From: Dendrobates tinctorius
Taxonomy: Eukaryota
Assembly (NCBI RefSeq): GCF_039654945.1
Contig: NW_027361688.1
Coordinates: forward strand, 12,710,001-12,774,000
Length of the DNA stretch: 64,000 nt
Reading direction: 5' to 3'
Shown here: in pieces, positions 26,201-36,931 of the stretch
How the letters are laid out: the number at the start of each line of letters is the position of its first letter
Numbering within the stretch: the stretch's first letter is position 1
Made by a program: the position numbers and the translations under genes
Notes under the pieces: model-generated
Databases searched by the model: none
Told to the model about the DNA's origin: nothing
Seen by the model: only the letters and a program-made list of their open reading frames with translations

Positions 26201-29200
26201 GACAGGGTGACGACGATGAGGTCTTGTCAGGAGCCGGGCAGATTGGAGGGGTCTGGACAGCTGGCAGGAAAAGAGGAGCCGTCTCCCGCGGTGGGTGGGG
26301 GGTGACTAATGAGCGGTACAGTATGGGAATTTAGGAGAAATAATGGTATAAAAGCTGCAGCGTCGCTGGAGGGGCGTGCTGTGCCAGGAGCGGTGCCAGC
26401 TGCTATGCAGTATAATTAGCTCACTACGGAGATGCTGCGGTCGGTCGCCCGACTGCCAACCACAAGCTCTGTCTATACAATCAGACTCATGTGTAAGCGT
26501 CTTGCAAAAATATTCAACCCCCTAAAAAGTGATTCTTCCGGCTTACAGACGTATTCTTACGCCCGTAGATTACACAAGGGCGGTACATTGTCCGTCACCG
26601 ATAATTCCAAAAATACCCGTTTAACCCCCTTAGATGCCGCAGTTCACTGCAACTAAATGATCTAAAAACGGTACAAATCTGAACTGTGAAATACAGAAGA
26701 GAGGTAGAACTTTAGGGCAGAGACAGACTGCCGAATTTCTCGGGCGAGAACTGCAGGGTAAACCTCATCCTGGCTGTCGGCTCTCCTGACCTGAGCTTGA
26801 CGGCTGCATAGTAATCCATCACGCCGTCTTTCTCAGGTCAGGAGAGGTGCCGGCCAGTCCGTGCAGTGCGATGCGATTCTCGCAGGAGTTACACGGCCGT
26901 CTGACCCTGCCCTTAGATAGAACCTTAAACTCGACCCAGTCCTTTTTGTGCGCCCGCACAGAAATAACGTCCTTTTGGAGTTCCCACACAGTAGCAAGGC
27001 TTAGAAGTCTCCTCACGTTGGCATGCCGGGCTTGACATGTCACTTTCTGCATGGCGAAAAGTTACCCCACACAGTACAATATACTTTTCATGGCCGCCGT
27101 ACAAATAATAAAATGAAAAAGTAATCCAGTTTACATAAAGAGCGGAACACAATGTAGTAACATCATCCACCAGAAGGTGCAGAGAACGGTGGAGCAGGGA
27201 GCAGATGGGACGGATGTCTCCCTGCTCCACCATTGAATCACACTGCACCCAACGCCTGAGGACACAAACAGAAGTCAGGACATGCAGTCAGCCCCCCAGG
27301 ACAGCTTCCTAAATCCGGGAGAGTTGGGAGGTATGAAGTACTTTAGCAGTCAGGGGGCAAACAATGGCCATCACCAAGATCCTATTGGCCATTTTTTGGG
27401 GAAAATTCCTAGAATGCTCAACGTCAAGATGTTTTCTGTAGAGGTGTCTGAGGAAATTACAGAACGGGGGTAAGGTGATTAGTTTGGTGTCTGGAATCAG
27501 GAGACATGTTATGGGGTGAGGTCTGCACTGACATGGGGACGGTATCATTTAAAACAATCTGCTGAGGTGGGTCACAGGACTGCTTAGCTTTAGAGGGACG
27601 GGGCGGAGAGGCTCAGATATAAAAATTGTCTAATCAACATTGTTATTTAATCCCATTTTTGGATTGTGATGTCCTGTGATAGCAGCATTAGGCCGGACAA
27701 ACTCTGTAGTAACGCCCCCTAATGGGCACAATCTAACACAAAGAGTTCCGTAAAGTTTTACAGAGAAAAGGAGATTTAAAAGAAAAAAGGGAGAAAAAAA
27801 AGGGAGAGAACAAATAAAAAGGAGAAGAAAAAAAAAGAAAAAAAAAAAAGAAAGGAAGAAGAAAAATAAGAAGAAGAAAAAAAGAAAGGGAGAAGAAAAA
27901 TAAGAAGAAAAAAAGAAATGGAGAAGAAAAAAAGAAAGGCAAAAGAAAGAAAAAGAAAGGGAGAAGAAAAAAAAGGAAGGAGAGAAAAAAGAAAGGGAGA
28001 AGAAAAAAAAAAGAAAGGGAGAAGAAAAAAAANNNNNNNNNNNNNNNNNNNNNNNNNNNNNNNNNNNNNNNNNNNNNNNNNNNNNNNNNNNNNNNNNNNN
28101 NNNNNNNNNNNNNNNNNNNNNNNNNNNNNNNNNNNNNNNNNNNNNNNNNNNNNNNNNNNNNNNNNAAAAGAAAGGGAGAAGAAAAAAAAGAAAGGAAGGA
28201 GAAAAAAAAGAAAGGAAGGAAGGAGAAAAAAAGAAGGATAAGAAAAAAAGAAAGGGAGAAGAAAAAGAAAGGGAGAAGAAAAAAAGAAAGGAAGAAAAAA
28301 AAAGAAAGAAAGGAGAAAAAAGGGAGATGAAAAAAAAGAAAGGGAGAAGAAAAAAAAGAAAGGAAGAAGAAAAAAAAAAAAGGAAGGAGAAAAAAGAAAG
28401 GGGGAAGAAAAAAAAAGAAAGGAAGAAGAAAAAAGGGAGAAGAAAAAAAAAGAAAGGAAGGGAAAAAAGGGTTCGTATTAAAAAAAAAAACTTTCTGTCC
28501 GATCTAAGACAGCAGCAGAAGAGTCGGTGGCAGTTTTGTGTTCTGGGAACGGTCACATAATAAATATCAGGGATAAAGCCTTATAGGCAGCCTAAACTGG
28601 CAGATAACAGAGAATAATAGCTTGCACTGCCGCTGAGTAATAAAGAGCGGAGAGTATTCATGCTTTTAGTGTGCCATGTCTGAGGAGAAGTAACCGACCA
28701 CAAAACTGAGCCCCGGGGTTCACGAGACACAATGTGACTGACATGTGATGCTAATATGTGACCCAACCGGGGTGACTGCTGCTACCTGTAATGCATCTGA
28801 GGAACAGCAGGGGGCACACACATTATATACACACAGTACTTCAGAAGTATTGGCTTCTCCTGACATACTCTGTGCTGCTGTAAACCTCCACATACAGCCG
28901 CCCCTCATTATATGCAGCAATGCCCCACACACACACACACTAATCTCACGTGTAAGCAGGACACGCAGCCGCCAACACACTCCCCTCCTGAAATACTCTG
29001 TGCTGCTTTTCCATTTCATCTAATGAAAGGGAAGAAAACTTTCATCTTACTTTTCTTTTTTTTTTTTAGTTTTCTGGTGACGAGTCCGCCCGATGTGACC
29101 GTACGGGAACAATCTTGACTCCTCTGGTATTTATATAGCATAACCGTGACCAAAGTGACAAAGCAAGTGACGTAGCCCTGCTGCTTCCTGCAGATAGCGG

Positions 29201-32200
29201 CATTTCACCCAGGGAGGGGATAAAGCATAAAAATGGCCATTTAATTTAAAGGGGCACTGCGCCCATAAGAGTGGGACCGATGTATAAAAGAGAAGTCTCT
29301 AATATTGGTCACACAGGTAGAGAAATATCTACGGCTCATTTTTACAGGCTCTTCCCGGACACGTGCACCCTCGGCCAGAGTGAGCGTGCATATGTTCTGG
29401 ATAGGAAAAGGGGAAGCAAAAGGATAGGTTGATGTTATTCAACTTTCCTCCCCATCCGTCAGGAAGCCCCCGGTACTCCTGCTGAAGTCAACGGGTTCGA
29501 TTGACTCTGCTATAATGTCTCCTTACTCAGTCAGCCCATTCCTGAGTAGAATGGCTGATAACAGAGAACAATAGATTGTATTCAACCCATGTAGGCGACA
29601 CGTGGCCGTATACACGGGATATCACGCTATATATTAGATAGAGCAGTGTCAGTCCTCTGGCAGGTGGGAGGTCCCTGTGGTTCTGTATGGAGCGCTCTAT
29701 ATACCGCCATATGGTGTCATTGCACTACAGGTTTGTTTGTTTTTTGTACTTGCTTTAAAGGCTTTTTTTATTAGAACAGATAAGATGTGGACATTACTTT
29801 ATGGCACCGTCTAATATACAAGTATGACAGGTTCTCCTCCTGCAATTGTTAGCGCCGCCATCCTAACAAACCACCCGGTGCACAAAATGGCTGCTTGTGG
29901 CGAAGCAAGCGACCCAATATGTCCTTCAGACTCCTCCAACGAAAAAAAAACAAAAAAACAACCCTGCTATCCCGCGTGTAGAGCTACCACAGCGGAGGAG
30001 GCCGAAGCATCTCCATCAGGCGGCCATTTTGTAGACAGTAGAGCTGGTCAGTCTGTGAGGAAGAAGGAGACCCTGTAACACTTCTACATTAGTATTTGGC
30101 ACCAAATCACGCTCGTTAAAATAAAAATGAAGTGGACACAACCCATTTTTTAAATTTGTGAGGTAAAGTGTGGCCCCCATAGCAGTCTACGGGCTCACGG
30201 TTACACAAGATGGCCGCCTACACGAGGCCTTTATGTTCAGGCCTGTGCAAATTTATAGGCTTTCTCCTCCCTGCCCTCAGGATGCACATTCCTCACACCC
30301 AAGTGTTGCCGTCCCTGTACAACTACAAACACCGAAGGTTAAAATGGCCGCCTTGTGTCACCACACAACAGGCTGTGCACACCCCATCACAGAGAGGGGC
30401 TACTAAAACCAGCCACTGGCAACCTCAGCCGATGCTACAGCGCCTCTAGAAAACACGTTAGGTCTCCTTCGTCAGCATTCAGAACCATTTTTATTTTATT
30501 TTTAATAATTATATTATTATTATTATTATATTTAACCCCTTAATGCAGATACATGGACACGTGCACCCTCGGCCAGAGGGAGCGTGCATATGTTCTGGAT
30601 AGGAAAAGGGGAAGCAAAAGGATAGGTTGATGTTATTTTTTTTTTTTATGCTTTTTTTTATGTTTTTTATGTTTTGTTTTTTTTTTTTTTTTTAACCTCC
30701 TCTTTGAGGAGTTTTTTCCATTAAGTTTTTTTTTTTATGACACCATTAATTTTAGAAAAAAAAAAAAATTCCAAATGAGGCAAAATTGTGAGGAAAAAAA
30801 AAAGTTGTCATTGTTTTTACAGCAATCATTTTCTGGTTGAAAAAAAATAAATAAAAAAAATAACAGGGCAAAAAAAACTGTAGGTCAGTACGATGACGGC
30901 GATACCAAACTCCAGGGTTGTTGTTTTTTTTTTATGCTTTAGTGGTAGAAATAAAAAAAAATAAATAAAATAAAAAAACTAAAAAAAAAAAAAAAATGTG
31001 ATCACTGTTTATTGTATTTTTTTTTTTTTTTTTTTTTGGATCTATCAAACTTTTCTGGGAAGTCAGGATGATACCAAATATGTTTATTCTTTATTTTTTA
31101 TAAGGGTTGAATTGAAGTTTTTTATTTTTTAGTATGATTTTTATATTTATTTATTTATTTTTTTTTTTTTAACTCTGTTTATGTTTATTTTTTTTTAGTC
31201 CTTTTATGACTTGAACGTGTGATCGCTTATACTTTGTACGGCTATACCATTGCATTGCGGTATGTAGAGAAATCACGGTTCTCTTATGGTGAGGCGGATC
31301 AAGAAGCCAAATTGTAGGGGTTACAAGGCGAATAGTCACTCTGTGGTGGGAGCGGGTGATGAAAAACAATAAAAAAATAATAATAATGAGCCTGTAAAAG
31401 CCAAATGGTGCAAAATATTTATAAGAGACCCCCGTTTTTGTTTTTTGGGGTGGGTGTTACACGCTTTTTAGAAAGAAAAAACATAAAAGTCCCCAGAAAT
31501 GGACAATCCCTTTAAATGACCCTATATTACTAACTGTATGCAGGGAGCGCCCTCTAGTGGTGGCTGCAGGTAGCCAGAATTGTGTAGATTTTTCCTATGG
31601 TTGTGTAAAGCAGGGCAGGGGATTTGAAGGCTCAGTGTCATGAAAGCTGAAGCTCAGATCCGTGAGGACCATAGGGGGACGGATTCCCCTTGGACACGGC
31701 ACGGAGAGGCTGTGCTTCCCTTGCTCAGCAATATCATTAGGAGAGGTGGCGCAGGGTATATGAAGCTAATAAGACCACCGGTATGAGGCATCACAGTAAG
31801 AAAGTTGGGTCCCCCATAGTTGGCACCTTCAGTGCTGGGAGGACCAGGAGGATAAAGAACTTTCCGCCCCTTAATCCGCTGTCAGATCAGATCAGCCACG
31901 ATCACCGGTCACCGAATTCAGCGATAAGCCGCGGCGCAGTTAACTCTATCCTGACTGCCTAAAATGGGTGACAGCACAGCGGACGCCTGAAACTTGACAC
32001 TTTTCTCAATAACCCTGTGCTGGTCAGTCCCTTTAATTTAGGACCAGACAGGAATGAGTGCAAAGGGACTGATGAGTGTGGGACAGGAATGGGTTAAAGG
32101 GAATGATCAGTGCGGAACTGGATGGGATTAGCTGGTTTATTTAGAGTATGGCAAGACAGGAATGGGTTAAAGGGACTGACTATCCTGGGACCAGACATGA

Positions 32201-32649
32201 AGGAGTTACTCAGGCCCATTGACTCATTCATTGCTCACCTTACACTGATCAGTCCCTTTAACCCATTCCTCTCCAGTCCCCACACCCCTCCATCCCTTTA
32301 ACCCATTCCTCTCCAAACCCCCCCCCCCTTTTCCTGGTACCTGGTCACAAGCCAGTCCCCTTTAACCCATTCCTGCCCTCTCCCACAACAATCATTCACC
32401 TTATCCTGTCCCACACTAGTCATTCTTTTTAACCCATTCCTGCACTAGTTGCCATTCCTGTAGCCCCCTCTATAAAACTCCCCAGACCAGACACAGCTGC
32501 CCCCTTTGGCTCTTCGCTGCCCTTCTCTCCCTCTCACCTTCTCTGGCTTTCTTCTTCCTGGCCAGTGTGCCCCCCAGTTTGCCCAGGAAGGACTCATCCT
32601 TCTTCATCCTTTGGCTCTGCAGGGTGGGAGACCTGGGGGTGGCTGACAT
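11955..32649 (-). CDS. PARVB: Beta-parvin, 13 coding exons, 364 aa
   Basis: Exons in transcript order: 32538-32649, 25713-25802, 25176-25246, 24030-24132, 20789-20929, 19994-20109, 19368-19426, 18279-18298, 17510-17571, 17364-17432, 15657-15758, 13780-13852, 11955-12031. All introns GT-AG, phases consistent, total 1095 nt. Translation MSATPRSP...[36 protein letters not shown], two CH domains, ...[34 protein letters not shown]. Confidence 0.97.
12595..12728. other. Assembly gap (N run) in PARVB intron 12
   Basis: Run of N. Confidence 1.
13901..14493. repeat. ~290-bp diverged tandem duplication in PARVB intron 11
   Basis: TGTCC(C)AATCCTGGAAT...GCACTTATTT repeated at 13901 and 14191. Confidence 0.85.
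15881..16491. mobile_element. T2/Kolobok-type MITE, almost entirely palindromic
   Basis: TTAA|AGGGAATCTGTCACC...GGTGACAGATTCCCT|TTAA. The two arms are reverse complements over about 300 bp. Confidence 0.9.
16530..16946 (+). mobile_element. Degraded Tc1 5' fragment
   Basis: Encodes the HTH-like [27 protein letters not shown]. Shares upstream sequence with 57586-57850. Confidence 0.7.
19092..19210. repeat. Short palindromic MITE-like repeat (~115 bp), representative copy
   Basis: AAACAGCGCCA...CAGGTTG...GGTATTGC...GCAATACC...CAACCTG...TGGCGCTGTTT. Other copies near 13517, 17638, 19518, 25029, 25500 and 59229. Confidence 0.75.
21359..22765. mobile_element. hAT-like non-autonomous element, right end truncated
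   Basis: Starts TAGAGATGGGCGAACC. Internal inverted repeat ~21560-21710 vs ~22575-22720. Confidence 0.6.
26069..26123 (-). CDS. PARVB: Candidate alternative first coding exon of PARVB ([18 protein letters not shown])
   Basis: Kozak CACCATG, 18 codons + 1 nt, donor CAG|GTTTGT. Phase 1 matches exon 2 (G+TG = Val). Confidence 0.65.
27765..28470. repeat. GA-rich low-complexity tract containing an assembly gap (N 28033-28165)
   Basis: Almost pure purine (AAAGAAAGGGAGAAG-like units). Confidence 0.95.
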
Positions 32650-32739
32650 GTTCCCCCTGGATGAGAGTGAGGAGGAGGGAGGATTGTCCTCATGTGATAA
32701 GAGGAGACAGGAAGAGGATGTGTCGGTGGCCGCACTTAT

Positions 32740-32850
32740 CAGCCTCCAATGGCGGAGTGTGGAGGGCTGGGCAGGGAGGGTCCGCAGCCACCCACCAGGG
32801 CAACAATGGAACCAGAAGGATCCAACCTGGAAACTCCGAGCCAATCACAA
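32740..32850 (-). promoter_or_regulatory. Putative PARVB proximal promoter
   Basis: CCAAT motifs (~32746 and ~32841) and GC-rich boxes 100-200 bp upstream of the ATG. Confidence 0.4.
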
Positions 32851-33084
32851 CCAGAGGGGACCCCCAGCCTTGTACACTGTGGGGTCCCTCACTTATCACC
32901 TCCTGTGCATCTCAGTGCACCTATCTGGCACAGCTCCTTAGGCTGCGTTCACACGTGACAGATTTCTGTTTTTCCATTCCATTGTACAAGGACATGACAG
33001 AAAGCTTTATTCTGGGGGGGGAAGAAGAGCGCTGGAGTCATAGTGGCACCGGCCCAGGGATATAATCGTGCACGGAGCAATGTA

Positions 33085-35636
33085 TACTGTACATAGAGGG
33101 GTTATCATTGTACAGGAGGGGGAGGAGGGGAGCTGTGATATCACCTATTGTGAATGGTGGATTCTGTGTTATCTACTGTATATAGAGGTGTTATCAGTCA
33201 TTATACAGGAGGAGGAGGTGAGCTGTGATATCACCTATTGTGAATGGTGGATCCTGTGTTATCTACTGTATATAGAGGTGTTATCAGTCATTGTACAGGA
33301 GGAGGAGGTGAGCTGTGATATCACCTATTGTGAATGGTGGGTCCTGTGATATCTACTGTATAGAGAGGCGTTATCAGTCATTGTACAGGAGGAGGAGGTG
33401 AGCTGTGATATCATCTATTGTGACTGGTGGGTCCTGTGTTATCTACTGTATATAGAGGTGCTGTCAGTCATTGTACAGGAGGAGGAGGTGAGCTGTGACA
33501 TCACCTATTGTGAATGGTGGATCCTTTGCTATCTACTGTATATAGAGGTGGTATCAGTCATTGTACAGGAGGAGGTGAGCTGTGATATCACCTATTGTGA
33601 ATGGTGGATCCTGTGCTATCTACAGTATATAGAGGTGTTATCAGTCATTGTACAGGAGGAGGTGAGCTGTGATATCACCTATTGTGAATGGTGGATTCTG
33701 TGTTATCTACTGTATATAGAGGTGTTATCAGTCATTATACAGGAGGAGGAGGTGACCTGTGATATCACCTATTGTGAATGGTGGATCCTGTGTTATCTAC
33801 TGTATATAGAGGTGTTATCAGTCATTGTACAGGAGGAGGAGGTGAGCTGTGATATCACCTATTGTGAATGGTGGGTCCTGTGATATCTACTGTATAGAAA
33901 GGCGTTATCAGTCATTGTACAGGAGGAGGAGGTGAGCTGTGATATCATCTATTGTGACTGGTGGGTCCTGTGTTATCTACTGTATATAGAGGTGCTGTCA
34001 GTCATTGTACAGGAGGAGGAGGTGAGCTGTGACATCACCTATTGTGAATGGTGGATCCTTTGCTATCTACTGTATATAGAGGTGGTATCAGTCATTGTAC
34101 AGGAGGAGGTGAGCTGTGACATCACCTATTGTGAATGGTGGATCCTGTGTTATCTATTGTATATAGAGGTGTTATCAGTCATTGTACAGGAGGAGCAGGA
34201 TGTGAGCTGTGACATCACCTATTGTGAATGGTGGGTCCTGTGTTATCTACTGTATATAGAGGTGTTATCAGTCATTGTACAGGAGGAGGAGGTGAGCTGT
34301 GACATCACCTATTGTGAATGGTGGATCCTGTATTATCTACTGTATATAGAAGTGTTATCAGTCATTGTACAGGAGGAGGTGAGCTGTGACATCACCTATA
34401 GTGAATGGTGGATCCTGTGTTATCTACTGTATATAGAGGTGTTATCAGTCATTGTACAGGAGGAGCAGGATGTGAGCTGTGACATCACCTATTGTGAATG
34501 GTGGGTCCTGTGTTATCTACTGTATATAGAGGTGTTATCCGTCATTGTACAGGAGGAGGAGGAGGTGAGCTGTGACATCACCTATTGTGAATGGTGAATC
34601 CTGTCTTATCTACTGTATATAGAGGTGTTATCAGTCATTGTACAGGAGGAGGAGGAGGTGAGCTGTGACATCACCTATTGTGAATGGTGGATCCTGTGTT
34701 ATCTACTGTATATAGAGGTGTTATCAGTCATTGTACAGGAGGAGCAGGATGTGAGCTGTGACATCACCTATTGTGAATGGTGGATCCTGTGTTTTCTACT
34801 GTATATAGAGGTGTTATCAGTCATTGTACAGGAGGAGCAGGATGTGAGCTGTGACATCACCTATTGTGAATGGTGGGTCCTGTGTTATCTACTGTATATA
34901 GAGGTGTTATCAGTCATTGTACAGGAGGAGGAGGTGAGCTGTGACATCACCTATTGTGAATGGTGGATCCTGTATTATCTACTGTATATAGAAGTGTTAT
35001 CAGTCATTGTACAGGAGGAGGTGAGCTGTGACATCACCTATTGTGAATGGTGGATCCTGTGTTATCTACTGTATATAGAGGTGTTATCAGTCATTGTACA
35101 GGAGGAGGAGGAGGTGAGCTGTGACATCACCTATTGTGAATGGTGAATCCTGTCTTATCTACTGTATATAGAGGTGTTATCAGTCATTGTACAGGAGGAG
35201 GAGGAGGTGAGCTGTGACATCACCTATTGTGAATGGTGGATCCTGTGTTATCTACTGTATATAGAGGTGTTATCAGTCATTGTACAGGAGGAGGAGGAGG
35301 TGAGCTGTGACATCACCTATTGTGAATGGTGGATCCTGTGTCATCAGCTGTATATAGAGGTGTTATCAGTCATTGTACAGGAGGAGGAGGTGAGCTGTGA
35401 CATCACCTATTGTGAATGGTGGATCCTGTGTCATCAGCTGTATATAGAGGTGTTATCAGTCATTGTACAGGAGGAGGAGGTGAGCTGTGACATCACCTAT
35501 TGTGAATGGTGGATCCTGTGTTATCAGCTGTATATAGAGGTGATATCAGTCATTGTACAGGAGGAGGAGGTGAGCTGTGACATCACCTATTGTGAATGGT
35601 GGATCCTGTGTTATCAGCTGTATATCAGTCATTGTA
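33085..35636. repeat. ~87-93-bp tandem satellite (~28 units) between divergent PARVB and YARS2
   Basis: Unit GTGAGCTGTGA(C/T)ATCACCTATTGTGAATGGTGGATCCTGTGTTATCTACTGTATATAGAGGTGTTATCAGTCATTGTACAG(GAG)n. Confidence 0.98.
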
Positions 35637-35785
35637 CTTTTTGATCAAAATAGTGATAACTAATTACCCTAGGTTATTTACATGCACTATTACTATTTAG
35701 CTGATATCGTTGTTGGGATCGCTGGGGAGTCGCTATGTGTGACGGGGCCCCTACTGCGGGGTACTTGTTCATCTTGTTTCTCTCA

Positions 35786-36146
35786 GGGTATGTGCACACG
35801 TTGCGGATCTGTAGCAGAATTAGCTGCGTTGTACAGTACCATTATTTTCAATGAAAAAGCAAAACCGCTGTGCACACGCTGGGGATTTTTCCGCGGATTA
35901 CAATCCGCAGCATGTCACTTCTTTGTGCGGATTCCGCAGCGGTTTCACATCTTCAACATTGCAGAGGCAAAACCGCAGGCTATTCTTCAGATAAACCGCA
36001 GGCTATTCTTCAGATAAACCGCAGGCTATTCTTCAGATAAACCGCAGGCTATTCTTCAGATAAACCGCAGATCTTTGGACCTGCGGATTTTGCCAAATCC
36101 GCGCGGGAAAAATCCGCAGCCCAGTCCGCAACGTGTGCACACAGCC
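35786..36146. mobile_element. PIF/Harbinger-like MITE with an internal 23-bp tandem repeat
   Basis: TIR GGGTATGTGCACACGTTGCGGA...TCCGCAACGTGTGCACACAGCC, flanks TCA/TTA. About 4 copies of AAACCGCAGGCTATTCTTCAGAT. Confidence 0.8.
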
Positions 36147-36571
36147 TTAGGTTCTCAGTGACTGCAGGGAGCCCATGGGAGGGAAGGGCAGGTTAGATCT
36201 TCAATATGGGACCCCATGATCTCCATGTACACCCCTGATCGGTGCCAATTCTTCATCGCCTCGAGTTTTGTGTCAGGGCTTTCTGCAGCAGCCAGTAGGG
36301 GGTATTGGGAGCTGCATAATTACATATGTGGTGAGCGCCCCATAGTGGCTGCAGAGTGCTATGCTGTTGTTTGTAAGGCTGTGTTCACATGTTCAGAATT
36401 TTTTGCGGCGTTTTTTTTGCGTTTTTGGTGCGTTTTTCCACTTTCGGGGAATATCAAAGTTAGATGACTTGAGGATGAGGAAGACAAGTTTTATTTTTGC
36501 TGCTTTTTTTATGTTACTGTTCCTTTAATTTACTCTGCAGAACTTGGTAGATTTAAGAACCCTTCTCCTTG

Positions 36572-36880
36572 TTTCACAGAGCAACCAATCACAGCCCAGC
36601 TTTTACAGTGTGCGAGTAACCAATCACAGCCCAGCTTTTACAGTGTGCGAGTAACCAATCCCAACCCAGCTTTTACAGTGTGCGAGTAACCAATCACAGC
36701 CCAGCTTTTACAGTGTGCGAGTAACCAATCACAGTACAGCTTTTATAGTATGAGTGAAAGCTGAACAGCCAATCACATCGCAGCTTTTATAGTGTGCTTG
36801 ACTGAGGAAAGTTGAGCAACCAGTCACAGCGCAGCATGAAAAACTAAACCTGGGCTATGATCGGTTGCTACAGGCAACAA
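36572..36880 (+). promoter_or_regulatory. YARS2 proximal promoter with a 35-bp tandem CCAAT repeat
   Basis: AACCAATCACAGCCCAGCTTTTACAGTGTGCGAGT x4-5 plus degenerate copies, ending about 50 bp before the ATG. YY1-type CAAGATGGCGGC overlaps the start codon. Confidence 0.6.
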
Positions 36881-36931
36881 ACACCATTAGTTAGCTGGCT
36901 CCATTCCCATCAGCCACCTCGCTCAAACAAG

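Noticed and set aside
27630-28560. Phe-rich and Lys-rich ORFs
   Set aside because: Low-complexity GA tract spanning an N gap.
33068-35644. Long ORFs encoding repeated VSCDITYCEWWILCYLLYIEV...
   Set aside because: By-product of a satellite with unit length divisible by 3. Recurrent stop variants, no ATG context and no known domain.
36857-36931. Upstream in-frame ATG extending YARS2 by 25 aa
   Set aside because: Lies in the repeat-derived promoter palindrome. The ATG at 36932 has better context and begins a typical mitochondrial presequence.
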